Positions 10,761 to 20,228 of a stretch of DNA of 64,000 nt are shown here, piece after piece. A program made the translations under genes and the position numbers. The notes beneath the pieces were generated by a model. It made no database searches and had not been told where the DNA came from. It saw only the letters and a program-made list of their open reading frames with translations. The stretch lies in the NCBI GenBank assembly GCA_963821525.1, contig CAWGED010000019.1, positions 1 to 64,000 on the forward strand, in the 5' to 3' direction. Source of the DNA: an uncultured Gemmatimonadales bacterium (GTDB taxonomy: Bacteria > Gemmatimonadota > Gemmatimonadetes > Gemmatimonadales > GWC2-71-9). Within the stretch, counting starts at the first letter, position 1. Every line of letters starts with the position of its first letter.

Positions 10761-11123
10761 TCAGCGCTTCGACAATCCGCTCACTCGCCTTGCCATCCCA
10801 CCCTTCGGGACAGCGGCTGCCGACGGCCAACCGCCCCTGCGCCAAGGTGCCGAGGAAGGCGAGGAAGCCCCAGGCGGCCGATGTCAGCCGGTAGATATAG
10901 GCGACCAATGACAGGCAACGTTGCGAAAATGGCCAGGTGCCCAATGGCCGCACTTCCCACCAGAAGAAGCAGACTCGACCAACCTTGCCTCGGACCCACG
11001 CAGAGCCTGGGCAAACCACTCGCCTAGTTTAGATGCAGCGAGTGCCAGCACGACGGCCAGGATGGAACGAAGTCTCGGCGCGTTGCAGACGCGCCCACGA
11101 TTGCACAAACTCGTACTCTGCGC

Positions 11124-12948
11124 TCATGCCGCCACGTTCTCCCCTTGCTCAACACCGAAGACGCTCTCCCATCGCGCCAAATTGAACCGACGCCACAGAG
11201 TTCCAAGATCGAGCCCTGCCGTAGTGTCGGCGCCATGCGCTGCCAGCAGCGGCGAGGCCACTATTTCGGCCTCCATCCGTGTCCGAATCGACGCGATCCA
11301 AGTCGCGGCCGGGGCCTCGAAGCCAAGCTTATTGGTCCGCCAGGCAATTTCCGGTCTGAGGCGCGAGTGTATGGCCTGACGCAGGGGATACTTCTGAAAT
11401 CCGCTTTTCATCCGCAGTCCCTCTGGAGCCCCCAAGGCCGTCTCGACCACATTGAAATCAAGGAACGGCAGTCTAGTTTCGATCGAAAATCGCATCGAAT
11501 TGCGGTCCTCATACCTGAGAAGCCTTGGCAGACTCCGAACGGTGATCTCACGCATAAGGAAATCGGTAAAGGGCAACTGGCGATAAATCTCATGATGCTG
11601 TGGATCGGTGCGCAGAATGCTGCTGCGCCCCTGCCTGCGGAATCGGCCCATGACTCGCCGCGCCCGAGGACCGCCCATAGCGTACGCCGTGTGGAACAAT
11701 GATTCCATTCGGCGGATCTCTGAATCCTCGCATATTCGCCACCGCGCGGGCCGCAGCAAACACCCTGCCCTTCATCAAAAGTGATGCGAGGTAGTCGCCG
11801 CGATAGTTTTCGTAGCCTCCGAACATCTCGTCGCTGCCCTGACCGTCGAGTAGAACTGGACACTCGGCGGCTCGTGCCGCTTGCATGACGAAATACTGCA
11901 TGAATACTGAAGGCCCTCGGAACGGCTCTTCCTGCGTTTGGATCACATCATCGAGTGCGGCCTTGAAATCGCTCTCATCGGGCCGTACCACACGCCAGTC
12001 TAGCCCGGCGTCCTCCGCCACCATCTGAGCATAGTGAGTTTCGTCCAGTGCCGGTTCGGTCGACTGCCCAGTAATCGCGAAGAAAGGCAGGCCTGTCTGG
12101 TTGCGGTAGAGATGGGCAGCGACCGTGGCGACGCTGGAGCTGTCGAGGCCGCCGCTCAAGCAGGTGCCAACTCGAACATCCGATCGCAATCTGAGGCCGA
12201 TCGATCGCTCGAATTCGGTCCGGAGAAGGTCGACGTAGCTCGCTGGCGTCATGCGCTCCGGTTCAGCGCGCGGCCTGAGCGTATAGTACCGGTTCACTCG
12301 GATTTGACCGGTAGTAAGGTCGACTGCCAGGTTGTGCCCGCCTCTCAGCTGCAGCACCCCCGCAAAGAAAGTTTCCTCGTCGTGGGCATTGAGACCCAGC
12401 CAAAGGTAGTCCGCCACGATTCTCGAATTGGCGACCCTCCGCGGCAGTAGGGTGAGCAATTGGCGGATCTCGGAGCTGAAAGCGAACTCCTGGCCCGCCC
12501 GCACGTAGTGGAATGGCTTGACGCCAAACCGGTCGCGGCTGCAGAACATGATCCGGCGCCTTCGGTCCAGCAAGGCAAATCCCCACATCCCGTTGAATCG
12601 CTCGACGCAGGACTCGCCCCAATGGTCATAGGCAGCCAGAAGCACCTCGCTATCCGTGCGAGAGCGGAACTGGTAGCCGACGGCTGCGAGTTCCGCGCGC
12701 AGCTCCAGGTAGTTGTAGATTTCGCCGTTGTAGGTCAGGACATATCGATCGAGATACTCCATCGGCTGATGGCCCGCCGAGGTCAGGTCGACAATTGAAA
12801 GCCGTCGATGCCCCAGGCCGACATTCCCCTCAATCCACTGCCCCGCATCGTCGGGTCCACGATGTGCCGCGGCTGCCACCATCCGTGCCAATGAATCCGG
12901 ATTAACCGGGTTGCCGTCGAATCTGACGATCCCTGCTATGCCGCACAT
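11124..12948 (-). CDS. asnB: asparagine synthase (glutamine-hydrolysing), polysaccharide-locus amidotransferase; frameshifted
   Basis: MCGIAG, HRGPD, LSGGLDSS, LDGQGSDE; C-terminal LRYEDRNSMRFSIETRLPFLD in ORF 11124..11759. Confidence 0.9.
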
Positions 12949-13022
12949 TCAGGTCCTTCTTGAGAGAGTGATCAAGAGATCAAGGGGCGCGTGGCACCAA
13001 CCGCCCGGCGGCCCTAAAGCGT

Positions 13023-13288
13023 GACCTCGGTGCACTGCAGTTCTCCATTCTGTTCAACTTCAACACGGCGGGACTGGCGCTGGAAAAAGGCCTGCAGAAG
13101 TTCAAGGCGAAGGGGCTGGAAGCGCTGGCCGACCTGTAGATCGAGGAAGACGCCGCGGCGGGTGGGTATCCCAGCACCAAGATGCACCAGAAGTTTGCCG
13201 GGATGAATCGGTGATTTTGGAATCGGTCTTTCGCAGCGGACCTGATCTAGTCGAGAGACGAGAGACAAGAGTCTGAACCCCGGAGTGC
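13023..13288 (+). pseudogene. 3' fragment of isocitrate-lyase-like gene (copy 2); direct repeat copy B
   Basis: LQFSILFNFNTAGLALEKGLQKFKAKGLEALADL*IEEDAAAGGYPSTKMHQKFAGMN with in-frame TAG. Confidence 0.9.
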
Positions 13289-13412
13289 CGGGCGAGAGAG
13301 TATCCACCGGGCCACTCAATCAAGCCGCATCCGCGCTCGACTCCGCCATGCAGCGCCCTCCAGCGAACCGAACCCGAGACCCGGGTATTGTCCTCCGCCA
13401 TGCCCGCTGCGC

Positions 13413-14771
13413 TCACCAGAGTTTCGCGCTCGGCGTTCCCGAAAGCCCCACCAGTTTGCCGTGTCCATTGGTCCGCAGCACGCCCCGGGTGTCTACCACC
13501 AGCGGAGCGAGCGCCAGCACCCGGCCGTAGTCCACGTCCTTGTGATCGGTCACGATCAAGGCCAGGTCAACCGATTGCAGCGCCTGATCGGTGAGCGAAA
13601 CGCTCCGCATCGGAAGTTCCTTGAGCGGAGTATGTCCGTCGTCCTCGATCATCGGAACGTACGGATCGTGATAGCTCACCTTGGCGCCCTTCTCCTGGAG
13701 CAGCCGGATGATGTCCAGCGCCGGGCTTTCCCGCAGGTCACCGATGTTCTTCTTGTAAGCCACGCCGAGGATCAGCACCTTGCTGCCCTTGAGCGAGGTC
13801 TCGCGGTCATTGAGCGCATCGGACACCTTGCGCACGACATAAGCCGGCATCTCGGCGTTGATCTCGCTGGCCAGCTCGATCATTCGGGTCTTGAAAGACA
13901 GGGTGCGCATCTTCCAGGACAGGTAATGCGGATCGAGCGGGATGCAGTGACCACCCAGACCGGGGCCCGGAGTGAATTTCATGAAACCGAACGGCTTGGT
14001 CGCGGCCGCATCGATCACGCCCCATACATCGAGTCCCAGCCGGTCGCACGCCTGAGCCAGCTCATTGACCAGGGCGATGTTGATCAGCCGGAACGTGTTC
14101 TCGTAGACCTTGACCAACTCGGCGGCCTCGGGACTCTCGACCGGCACCATGCGTGTCGAACACCTTGCGATAGAACGCGAGCCCCAACTCGCCAGCAGAG
14201 CGGAGTGATGCCGCCGATCACCTTTGGAGTGTTGCGCGTCTGCCACGTCGGGTTGCCCGGATCCACCCGCTCGGGGCTGAAGCACAGCGCAGAAATCCTT
14301 CCCGACTTCTAGCCCGGACTGCTCCAGGATCGGGAGCACAACTTCTCGGGTAGTCCCCGGATAGGTGGTGCTCTCCAGAATGATGAGCTGACCGGGACGC
14401 AGGCTCCGGCGTACGGCCTCGGCGGCGCTGACTACGTAGGAGAGGTCGGGATCCTTGGTCTTGTTGAGCGGAGTGGGGACACAGATCGAGATGGCGTCGC
14501 ACTCGGCCAGCCGGGAGAAGTCGGTGGTCGCCGCGATCAAGCCTTTCTTCACGAATCCGCCGAGCACCTCGCCGGACACGTCCTCGACGTGGCTCTTCCC
14601 GGCGTTGATCCCGTCTACAACTGCGCTGCTGATATCAAAGCCAATGGTCCGGAACCCGCTCCGGGCGAACTCGACCGCCAGGGGGAGACCGACGTACCCC
14701 TGACCGATGATCCCGGTGACCGCCTTCCCGCTGGCCACCAACTCCCGTAACTGTTCCAGACTGCCTGCCAT
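13413..14771 (-). CDS. UDP-N-acetylhexosamine/nucleotide-sugar 6-dehydrogenase (WbpA/WbpO/WecC family)
   Basis: GQGYVGLPLA, ICVPTP, LESTTYPGTT, PGPGLGGHCIP, DLRESPA; compensating frameshifts near 14150-14290 (true frame DPGNPTWQTRNTPKVIGG in ORF 14084..14266). Confidence 0.9.
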   Translation of the reverse strand: MAGSLEQLRELVASGKAVTGIIGQGYVGLPLAVEFARSGFRTIGFDISSAVVDGINAGKSHVEDVSGEVLGGFVKKGLIAATTDFSRLAECDAISICVPTPLNKTKDPDLSYVVSAAEAVRRSLRPGQLIILESTTYPGTTREVVLPILEQSGLEVGKDFCAVLQPRAGGSGQPDVADAQHSKGDRRHHSALLASWGSRSIARCSTRMVPVESPEAAELVKVYENTFRLINIALVNELAQACDRLGLDVWGVIDAAATKPFGFMKFTPGPGLGGHCIPLDPHYLSWKMRTLSFKTRMIELASEINAEMPAYVVRKVSDALNDRETSLKGSKVLILGVAYKKNIGDLRESPALDIIRLLQEKGAKVSYHDPYVPMIEDDGHTPLKELPMRSVSLTDQALQSVDLALIVTDHKDVDYGRVLALAPLVVDTRGVLRTNGHGKLVGLSGTPSAKLW

Positions 14772-14928
14772 GGCTTTGTTTCCTCGGTGAATGACCGGCC
14801 AACCCCGGGGGAGGCCAAGTGGGTGAAACTAGCCTAGTGCCAAGGGCTTCCACCAGTCCGCGATCCCGGTCCCCACCATCGCTTCTGGGGAGGCGGAGCC
14901 AATAAGCCCGCCCGGGGCGGGTGCCCTC

Positions 14929-14946
14929 TTGTGAAATATTTCACAT
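14929..14946. promoter_or_regulatory. palindromic operator TTGTGAAATATTTCACAT (Rex- or CRP/FNR-type)
   Basis: Perfect 16-bp palindrome TGTGAAATATTTCACA in an AT-rich patch of the divergent dehydrogenase/icl spacer. Confidence 0.65.
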
Positions 14947-15096
14947 TTGATAATTATAACGTGCCGTTCGGCAGCCCCGATCCGGCCGTATACTGGGGCT
15001 GTGGCAAGAGGTGGGCCTGCCCGGGCACGCTTCTGGCTCAACGGGCGTACCCAAGTCTGACGGCCCCATCGTCGAGTCTTCCGAGGGAGAGAGTCC

Positions 15097-16236
15097 ATGG
15101 CTACTGCGACACCCCCAGCCAACAAGAACGCCGTCTACCCCAAGGCCGAGGTGGCGCGGTTGCTGGCTCCGCCCGAGCAGGAGCAGCCCAGTGCCAAGCT
15201 CCGGCGGCTGTTACACGAAGCTCGCGCCCGCAAGTCCTACGTCCACACCGCCGGCGCTTACGACGCATACACTGCGGCCCTGATGACCCGGTTGGGCTTC
15301 AAGGCGCTCTATGGAAGCGGTTGGCAGCTCGCCGCCACGAAAAACATGTTCCCCGACATCGGCGTGTACCACTCCCACCAGATGGTGGAATTGGTTCAGG
15401 AGATGTGGAAGGGGATCGAAGGGGCGCGCCACACCCACTACTACGACACCGAAGGCCGCGAGCTGTTGTCCGTGCCGCCGATGTTCGTGGACATGGAAGC
15501 CGGATTCGGCGGGCCGACTCAGACCTTCTCGCTCGCCACGGAACTCATCCGGGCCCGCGCGGCCGGTGTGCACCTGGAAAACCAGGACCCCGCCAATCGC
15601 ACCTGCGGCCACATCGTCAACGTCGGAAAGGCGAAACGGGACAAGGTGCTGGTCCCTCGCGCCGACTGGATCGCCAAGCTCAAGGCCATCAGGGCCGCCT
15701 GCCAGGCCACCGGCATCGATCTCGTCATCATTGCGCGCACCGACTCGATCGACGGTGCGCTCCCTGGCCAGTCGTCGGGCGGGGTTCAAATGGCGGTGGA
15801 GGATGCTTGGGAGGCGGCGGAGCTGGGCTGCGACGTTGTTTGGCCGGAGTTCAATAACACGGAGCTGGACCAGCCCCAGGCGTTCAGCGAAGGCGTGCAC
15901 AAGTACTACCCCGACCAGATGCTGGGCTTCAACCTTTCGCCGTCACTCTATTTCGGAAAAGCGAAGCAGACGGGCACCCTGATCACCAACCAGCAGCTGG
16001 CGGATCTGGGCTTCACGCTCCAGTTCTCTACCCTCTTCAACTTCCGGACGGCCGGGCTCGCCCTGGAGAAGGGACTGCGCAAGTTCCTGACTCAAGGTCT
16101 CGATGCCCTGGCCGATCTACAGCTCGAGGAAGACGCCGCCGCCGGCGGGCCGCCCATGACCAAGATGCACCAGAAGTTTGCGGGGATGAACCGTTGGCTG
16201 CTGCTGGAGCAGGTGCTGAGCGCCAAGGCCGAGTAG
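15097..16236 (+). CDS. isocitrate lyase/PEP mutase family enzyme (ICL-like, divergent active site)
   Basis: GSGWQLAA, VDMEAGFGG, AAGVHLENQ..RTCGH, KVLVP, IIARTD, FNLSPS. Confidence 0.85.
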   Translation: MATATPPANKNAVYPKAEVARLLAPPEQEQPSAKLRRLLHEARARKSYVHTAGAYDAYTAALMTRLGFKALYGSGWQLAATKNMFPDIGVYHSHQMVELVQEMWKGIEGARHTHYYDTEGRELLSVPPMFVDMEAGFGGPTQTFSLATELIRARAAGVHLENQDPANRTCGHIVNVGKAKRDKVLVPRADWIAKLKAIRAACQATGIDLVIIARTDSIDGALPGQSSGGVQMAVEDAWEAAELGCDVVWPEFNNTELDQPQAFSEGVHKYYPDQMLGFNLSPSLYFGKAKQTGTLITNQQLADLGFTLQFSTLFNFRTAGLALEKGLRKFLTQGLDALADLQLEEDAAAGGPPMTKMHQKFAGMNRWLLLEQVLSAKAE

Positions 16237-16243
16237 GAGAGAG

Positions 16244-16339
16244 AGAAGGACTGAGGACTGAGGGGTCGTGAGTCATGGGTCATGAGTCTGTAGACTCCTG
16301 ACTTTCGACTTCAGACCACCCTCAGTCCTCAGTCCTTCT
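16244..16339. repeat. heptamer-built inverted repeat between convergent icl and hflX (likely terminator)
   Basis: Perfect 21-bp arms agaaggactgaggactgaggg (16244-16264) and ccctcagtcctcagtccttct (16319-16339) around inner gagtcat/gactcct units. Confidence 0.85.
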
Positions 16340-16350
16340 TACTCCTCCTT

Positions 16351-17661
16351 CTACTCCGCTCCCGCCCGGAGCCGCCGGGGACGGCTCGCCACCACCTCCA
16401 CCCCTTCCTTCCGCAGTTGCTCCACCCGCCATCCGTCGAGTCGCACCGTGATCTCGTTCTGGTCCCCCGAGGCGGCAAGGCCCAGCACTTCGCCATGACG
16501 GTATAACGCCGCCAGCCGGGCTCCGTCGGACATCGGCAACCGCACCGTCACTGCCGGCCGGACTTCCTGCTCCCGGGCGCGGAGCGCAGCCTTCAGAGGC
16601 TCCAGCCCATCGATGCGCATCGTGCTGGTCAGGACAGCGTCGGGATACAACTCCTTCACCCTGGTCGTGAGCGCGGCCGGGTCCCGCACCGAATCCATCT
16701 TGTTGAACACCGGTACTACCGGACGGTCCTCGATGCCGATCTCGACGAGCACCTGTTCGACGATCCGATACTGCTCATCCCATCCCGGATGACTGGCGTC
16801 AACCACGTGGAGCAGCACATCGGCCTCTCGGACCTCTTCGAGTGTGGCACGGAAGCTCGCGACCAGGTGGTGGGGCAATTTCCGGATGAAGCCTACGGTG
16901 TCGGAGACCCGCGCCCTTGATCCCGCTCCGAGATCCACCTCGCGAGTCAGGGTGTCGAGCGTCGCAAAGAGCCGGTCCTCCACGAAGATCTCGTTCTCGC
17001 CGGTCAGCATCCGGAGAATGCTCGACTTGCCCGCGTTGGTGTAGCCCACGAGAGCAGCGTTCAGAAGCGGCTGGCGACCCGCGCGCAGCACCGCCCGGTG
17101 CCGTTCGACCTCGCGAAGCTTGGCGCGGAGACTCTGGATCTTGCGCCGGATGATCCGGCGGTCGGTTTCCAGCTGGGTTTCGCCGGGACCGCGGAGTCCG
17201 ATACCACCTCGAATACGCGAAAGGTGAGTCCACATCCGCGTGAGGCGAGGCAGGAGATACTCGAGCTGAGCCAGCTCCACCTGCAGCTTGGCCTCATGCG
17301 AACGTGCCCGGGTCGAGAAGATGTCGAGGATGAGCTCGGCCCGGTCCATGACCCGCCGGGAAAGCTCCCGCTCCAGGTTGGCGCCCTGCACCGGCGAGAG
17401 CTCTTCGTCGAAGATCACCAGCGTCGCACCCCGGTCCTCGACCAGGGCACGCAACTCCTCGACCTTGCCTTCTCCGATCAGCGTTGCCGGATGGGGAGAG
17501 GGAACCTGCTGGGTCAGCCGGCCCACGACGTCAGCGCCCGCCGTATCGGCGAGGCGTGCCAGCTCATCCAGATGTTCGGTGACGTTCTGCGCATCCGGTG
17601 AGCCCTTCCGCGGGGCACCCACCAGAATGGCGCGCTCGATCGGCGCCTGGATCTCGATCAT
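16351..17661 (-). CDS. hflX: GTPase HflX
   Basis: GPGETQLETDRR, VGYTNAGKSS, LFATLD, DTVGFI, NKMD. Confidence 0.95.
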   Translation of the reverse strand: MIEIQAPIERAILVGAPRKGSPDAQNVTEHLDELARLADTAGADVVGRLTQQVPSPHPATLIGEGKVEELRALVEDRGATLVIFDEELSPVQGANLERELSRRVMDRAELILDIFSTRARSHEAKLQVELAQLEYLLPRLTRMWTHLSRIRGGIGLRGPGETQLETDRRIIRRKIQSLRAKLREVERHRAVLRAGRQPLLNAALVGYTNAGKSSILRMLTGENEIFVEDRLFATLDTLTREVDLGAGSRARVSDTVGFIRKLPHHLVASFRATLEEVREADVLLHVVDASHPGWDEQYRIVEQVLVEIGIEDRPVVPVFNKMDSVRDPAALTTRVKELYPDAVLTSTMRIDGLEPLKAALRAREQEVRPAVTVRLPMSDGARLAALYRHGEVLGLAASGDQNEITVRLDGWRVEQLRKEGVEVVASRPRRLRAGAE

Positions 17662-18123
17662 TGAACCACCGAAACCGTCCCGTCCTTGGTGAAGGGCACG
17701 TCGATCGTCACTGGCGTCGTCACCGACATGGTTCCTGCCAGGTGGTAGTTCACCTCGCCATAGCCAAGGATGTTCTTGGCCGCCGAGGCCATGTCGGCCC
17801 ACTTGAAGGTCAATGGGAGCGTGATGAGCGTAGTGTCTTCCTTCGTCAGGGTGAAGCCATCGGAGGTGACAAGGTCACCGAAGTGCTGGCCCGAGAGATC
17901 GAGCGCCTGCCGCAATCTTGGCGCCCTTCACCTCGAGGTGATTCGGGTTGGCAATGGCAAGCTGAGCATCCAGGGTACCGCCGGTGATTCCCGCGGAGCG
18001 GAGCTTGACCTGGCGGAGATTGACCTGAGGTTGAAGAAAATTGGACGGAGAAACACCGCTACCGCCGCAAGCAGCGACCAGCAGGGTGATGAGGGTCAGC
18101 CTAAAGATAATTCCCGGTCTCAT
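17658..18123 (-). CDS. LEA type 2 / WHy-like lipoprotein (frameshifted)
   Basis: Lipobox LVAAC; LAIANPN motif; split between ORFs 17875..18123 and 17658..17915. Confidence 0.65.
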
Positions 18124-19457
18124 CGCTCTGGTTCCCCTCCTCTTTTGAGAATGCTGGCATCGCGCTCCCGCTGCTGGTCCCAGTAATCCATCCGCTCCCT
18201 GATCCGCTTCTCGAATCCTACCGAATGCGGCTCGTAGAACAGCCGGCCCTTCAGGACGTCTGGAAGGTACTCCTGGGGGATGAACCCGGTCGGTGAATCG
18301 TGGGCGTACTGGTAGCCGGCCCCATACCCTAACTGCTTCATCAGGCCGGTCGGCGCGTTGCGAATGTGCATCGGGACCGGTGCCGCGGGTGTTTCCCGCG
18401 CCGCATCGAGGGCGGCCTGGAGTGCCACTACAGTCCGGTTGGATTTCGGCGCCGTGGCGAGGTAGATGGTCATCTCGGCCAGGGGCAGGTATCCCTCAGG
18501 CGCTCCCAGCATGTGGTAGGCGTCCCGCGCCGCGATCGCGAGCCGCAGAGCATCGGGGTCCGCCAGGCCGACGTCTTCCGCTGCCATGGCGACCGCCCTC
18601 CGGAAGATCGTCATGGGGTCTTCCCCACCCTCCAGCATGCGGGCCATCCAGTACAACGCACCTTGCGGATCGCTTCCCCTGAGAGACTTGTGGTACGCGG
18701 AGAGCATGTTGAAATGCTCTTCCCGACCCTTGTCGTACACCGCGATCCGGCGGGCGAGCGCTTCGGCCATCGCTTCTCGGCTGATGGTTCCTCGAGGTCC
18801 AGCCTGCTGAGCGGCCAGCTCCAACGCCGCCAGCGCCCGGCGCGCGTCACCGTCCGCCTGCTCCGCCAGCAGTTCGAGCGCGTCGTCCGGGACCTTGAGG
18901 TCGAGCTGCCCCAGTCCCCGCTCGGAATCTTCCAGCGTCCGCTGGAGCACCGTGAAAATGGCCGCCGGCGTGAGCGGCTGGAGGACATAGACCGTGCAGC
19001 GGCTTAGCAGCGAGCCGTTCAGTTCGAAGCTTGGGTTTTCAGTGGTGGCGCCGATCAGGGTGACCGTGGCGCGTTCGACGTGGGGGAGGAAGGCATCCTG
19101 CTGTGCCCGGTTGAAGCGGTGGATCTCATCGCAGAAGAGCACCGTCCCGCGACCCAACGAGCGGCGTGATTCGGCTTCCTTGACGATTTCCCGGACCCGG
19201 GGAATTCCGTCTACTACGGCGCTGAACTCCACGAATTCGCGGTCGGTGTACTGGGCGATCAGGCGCGCGATCGTCGTCTTGCCGCTGCCGGGTGGGCCCC
19301 AGAAGATGCAGCTGCCGACGTCACCACGCCGAATGGCATCGCCCAGCGGACGCCCCGGCGCCAGCAGATGCTCCTGCCCGACACATTCCTCCAGGGTGCG
19401 CGGACGCATCCGAGCGGCCAACGGCTCCGGCAACGTGAACAGCGACGACTGACTCAT
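18120..19457 (-). CDS. rarA: replication-associated recombination protein A (MgsA/RarA)
   Basis: PLAARMRP, WGPPGSGKTT, DEIHRFN, GATTENPSF, KSLRGSDP. Confidence 0.95.
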   Translation of the reverse strand: MSQSSLFTLPEPLAARMRPRTLEECVGQEHLLAPGRPLGDAIRRGDVGSCIFWGPPGSGKTTIARLIAQYTDREFVEFSAVVDGIPRVREIVKEAESRRSLGRGTVLFCDEIHRFNRAQQDAFLPHVERATVTLIGATTENPSFELNGSLLSRCTVYVLQPLTPAAIFTVLQRTLEDSERGLGQLDLKVPDDALELLAEQADGDARRALAALELAAQQAGPRGTISREAMAEALARRIAVYDKGREEHFNMLSAYHKSLRGSDPQGALYWMARMLEGGEDPMTIFRRAVAMAAEDVGLADPDALRLAIAARDAYHMLGAPEGYLPLAEMTIYLATAPKSNRTVVALQAALDAARETPAAPVPMHIRNAPTGLMKQLGYGAGYQYAHDSPTGFIPQEYLPDVLKGRLFYEPHSVGFEKRIRERMDYWDQQRERDASILKRGGEPER

Positions 19458-19511
19458 GCTGGAAAGGTAATCTGGACCTCCGTCCCCTTCTCCCGTCTCC
19501 CGTCTCCCGTC

Positions 19512-20228
19512 TTACCTCATCCCTGCCTCTACGGCCACCTTACTCAGGAAAAAGGCAACCGACCCTCCCAGCAGAGCCAACGGCATCCGCCAGCCTTGCT
19601 TCCCCTGAAACTCCGGCACCAGGTTGGAGGCGGCGACGTAGATGGTCACGCCCGCGGAGAGGGCGAGACCGTGAGCCTGAAGCGGTGCCAGGGTGTCGGT
19701 CAGCACCACTCCCACGATCGTCGCGATGCCCAGCGCTCCGGCTGCCAGCAAGGCGCGGCGACGGCCCTGACCGCTCGCGAGCGCGACACTGGCCATGGCC
19801 ACTCCCTCGGGCAGTTTGTGCAGGAACACCGCCAGGAAGAGGAGGAGACCCAGTTCGCTCGAGACGGCAAAGCCGCTCGCGATCGCAACCCCATCGAAGA
19901 AGGTGTGGAGCAGGAGCCCGATCAACGCGGTGAGCCCGGCTCCGGCCGAGACGCGGTGGGTCTCTTCACCGAAGTGAAAATGGGGAACGAAGGCGTGCTG
20001 GGTGAAGTGGACCGCCAGGTAGCCCAGAAGCATGTAGAGCGGCGCCTGGCCACCGCGAGCCCACGCCTCCGGGGCCACTTCGACCAGTGCCACCGCGAGC
20101 ATGAAACCGGCCCCGAACGCCATGAAGGTCTCGATAACGGTGAGACTGCGCCGCTCGTGGCGCACCACGGCCAGGGCACCGACGACATTCGCCGCCGCGG
20201 CAACCAGCGCGAAATAAATCGCGTTCAC
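19512..20228 (-). CDS. ZIP family metal transporter
   Basis: HFHFGEETH, LHTFFDG, LHKLPEG; multi-TM. Confidence 0.9.
   Translation of the reverse strand: MNAIYFALVAAAANVVGALAVVRHERRSLTVIETFMAFGAGFMLAVALVEVAPEAWARGGQAPLYMLLGYLAVHFTQHAFVPHFHFGEETHRVSAGAGLTALIGLLLHTFFDGVAIASGFAVSSELGLLLFLAVFLHKLPEGVAMASVALASGQGRRRALLAAGALGIATIVGVVLTDTLAPLQAHGLALSAGVTIYVAASNLVPEFQGKQGWRMPLALLGGSVAFFLSKVAVEAGMR

Noticed and set aside
10357..13288. Repeat pair as DGR template and variable repeats
   Set aside because: No reverse transcriptase in the window; mismatches are not adenine-specific and include indels; both copies are icl pseudogene fragments
10123..16236. Classical integrase attL/attR at the icl 3' end
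   Set aside because: The duplicated 3' ends lie upstream, not downstream, of the intact gene, and no integrase is visible
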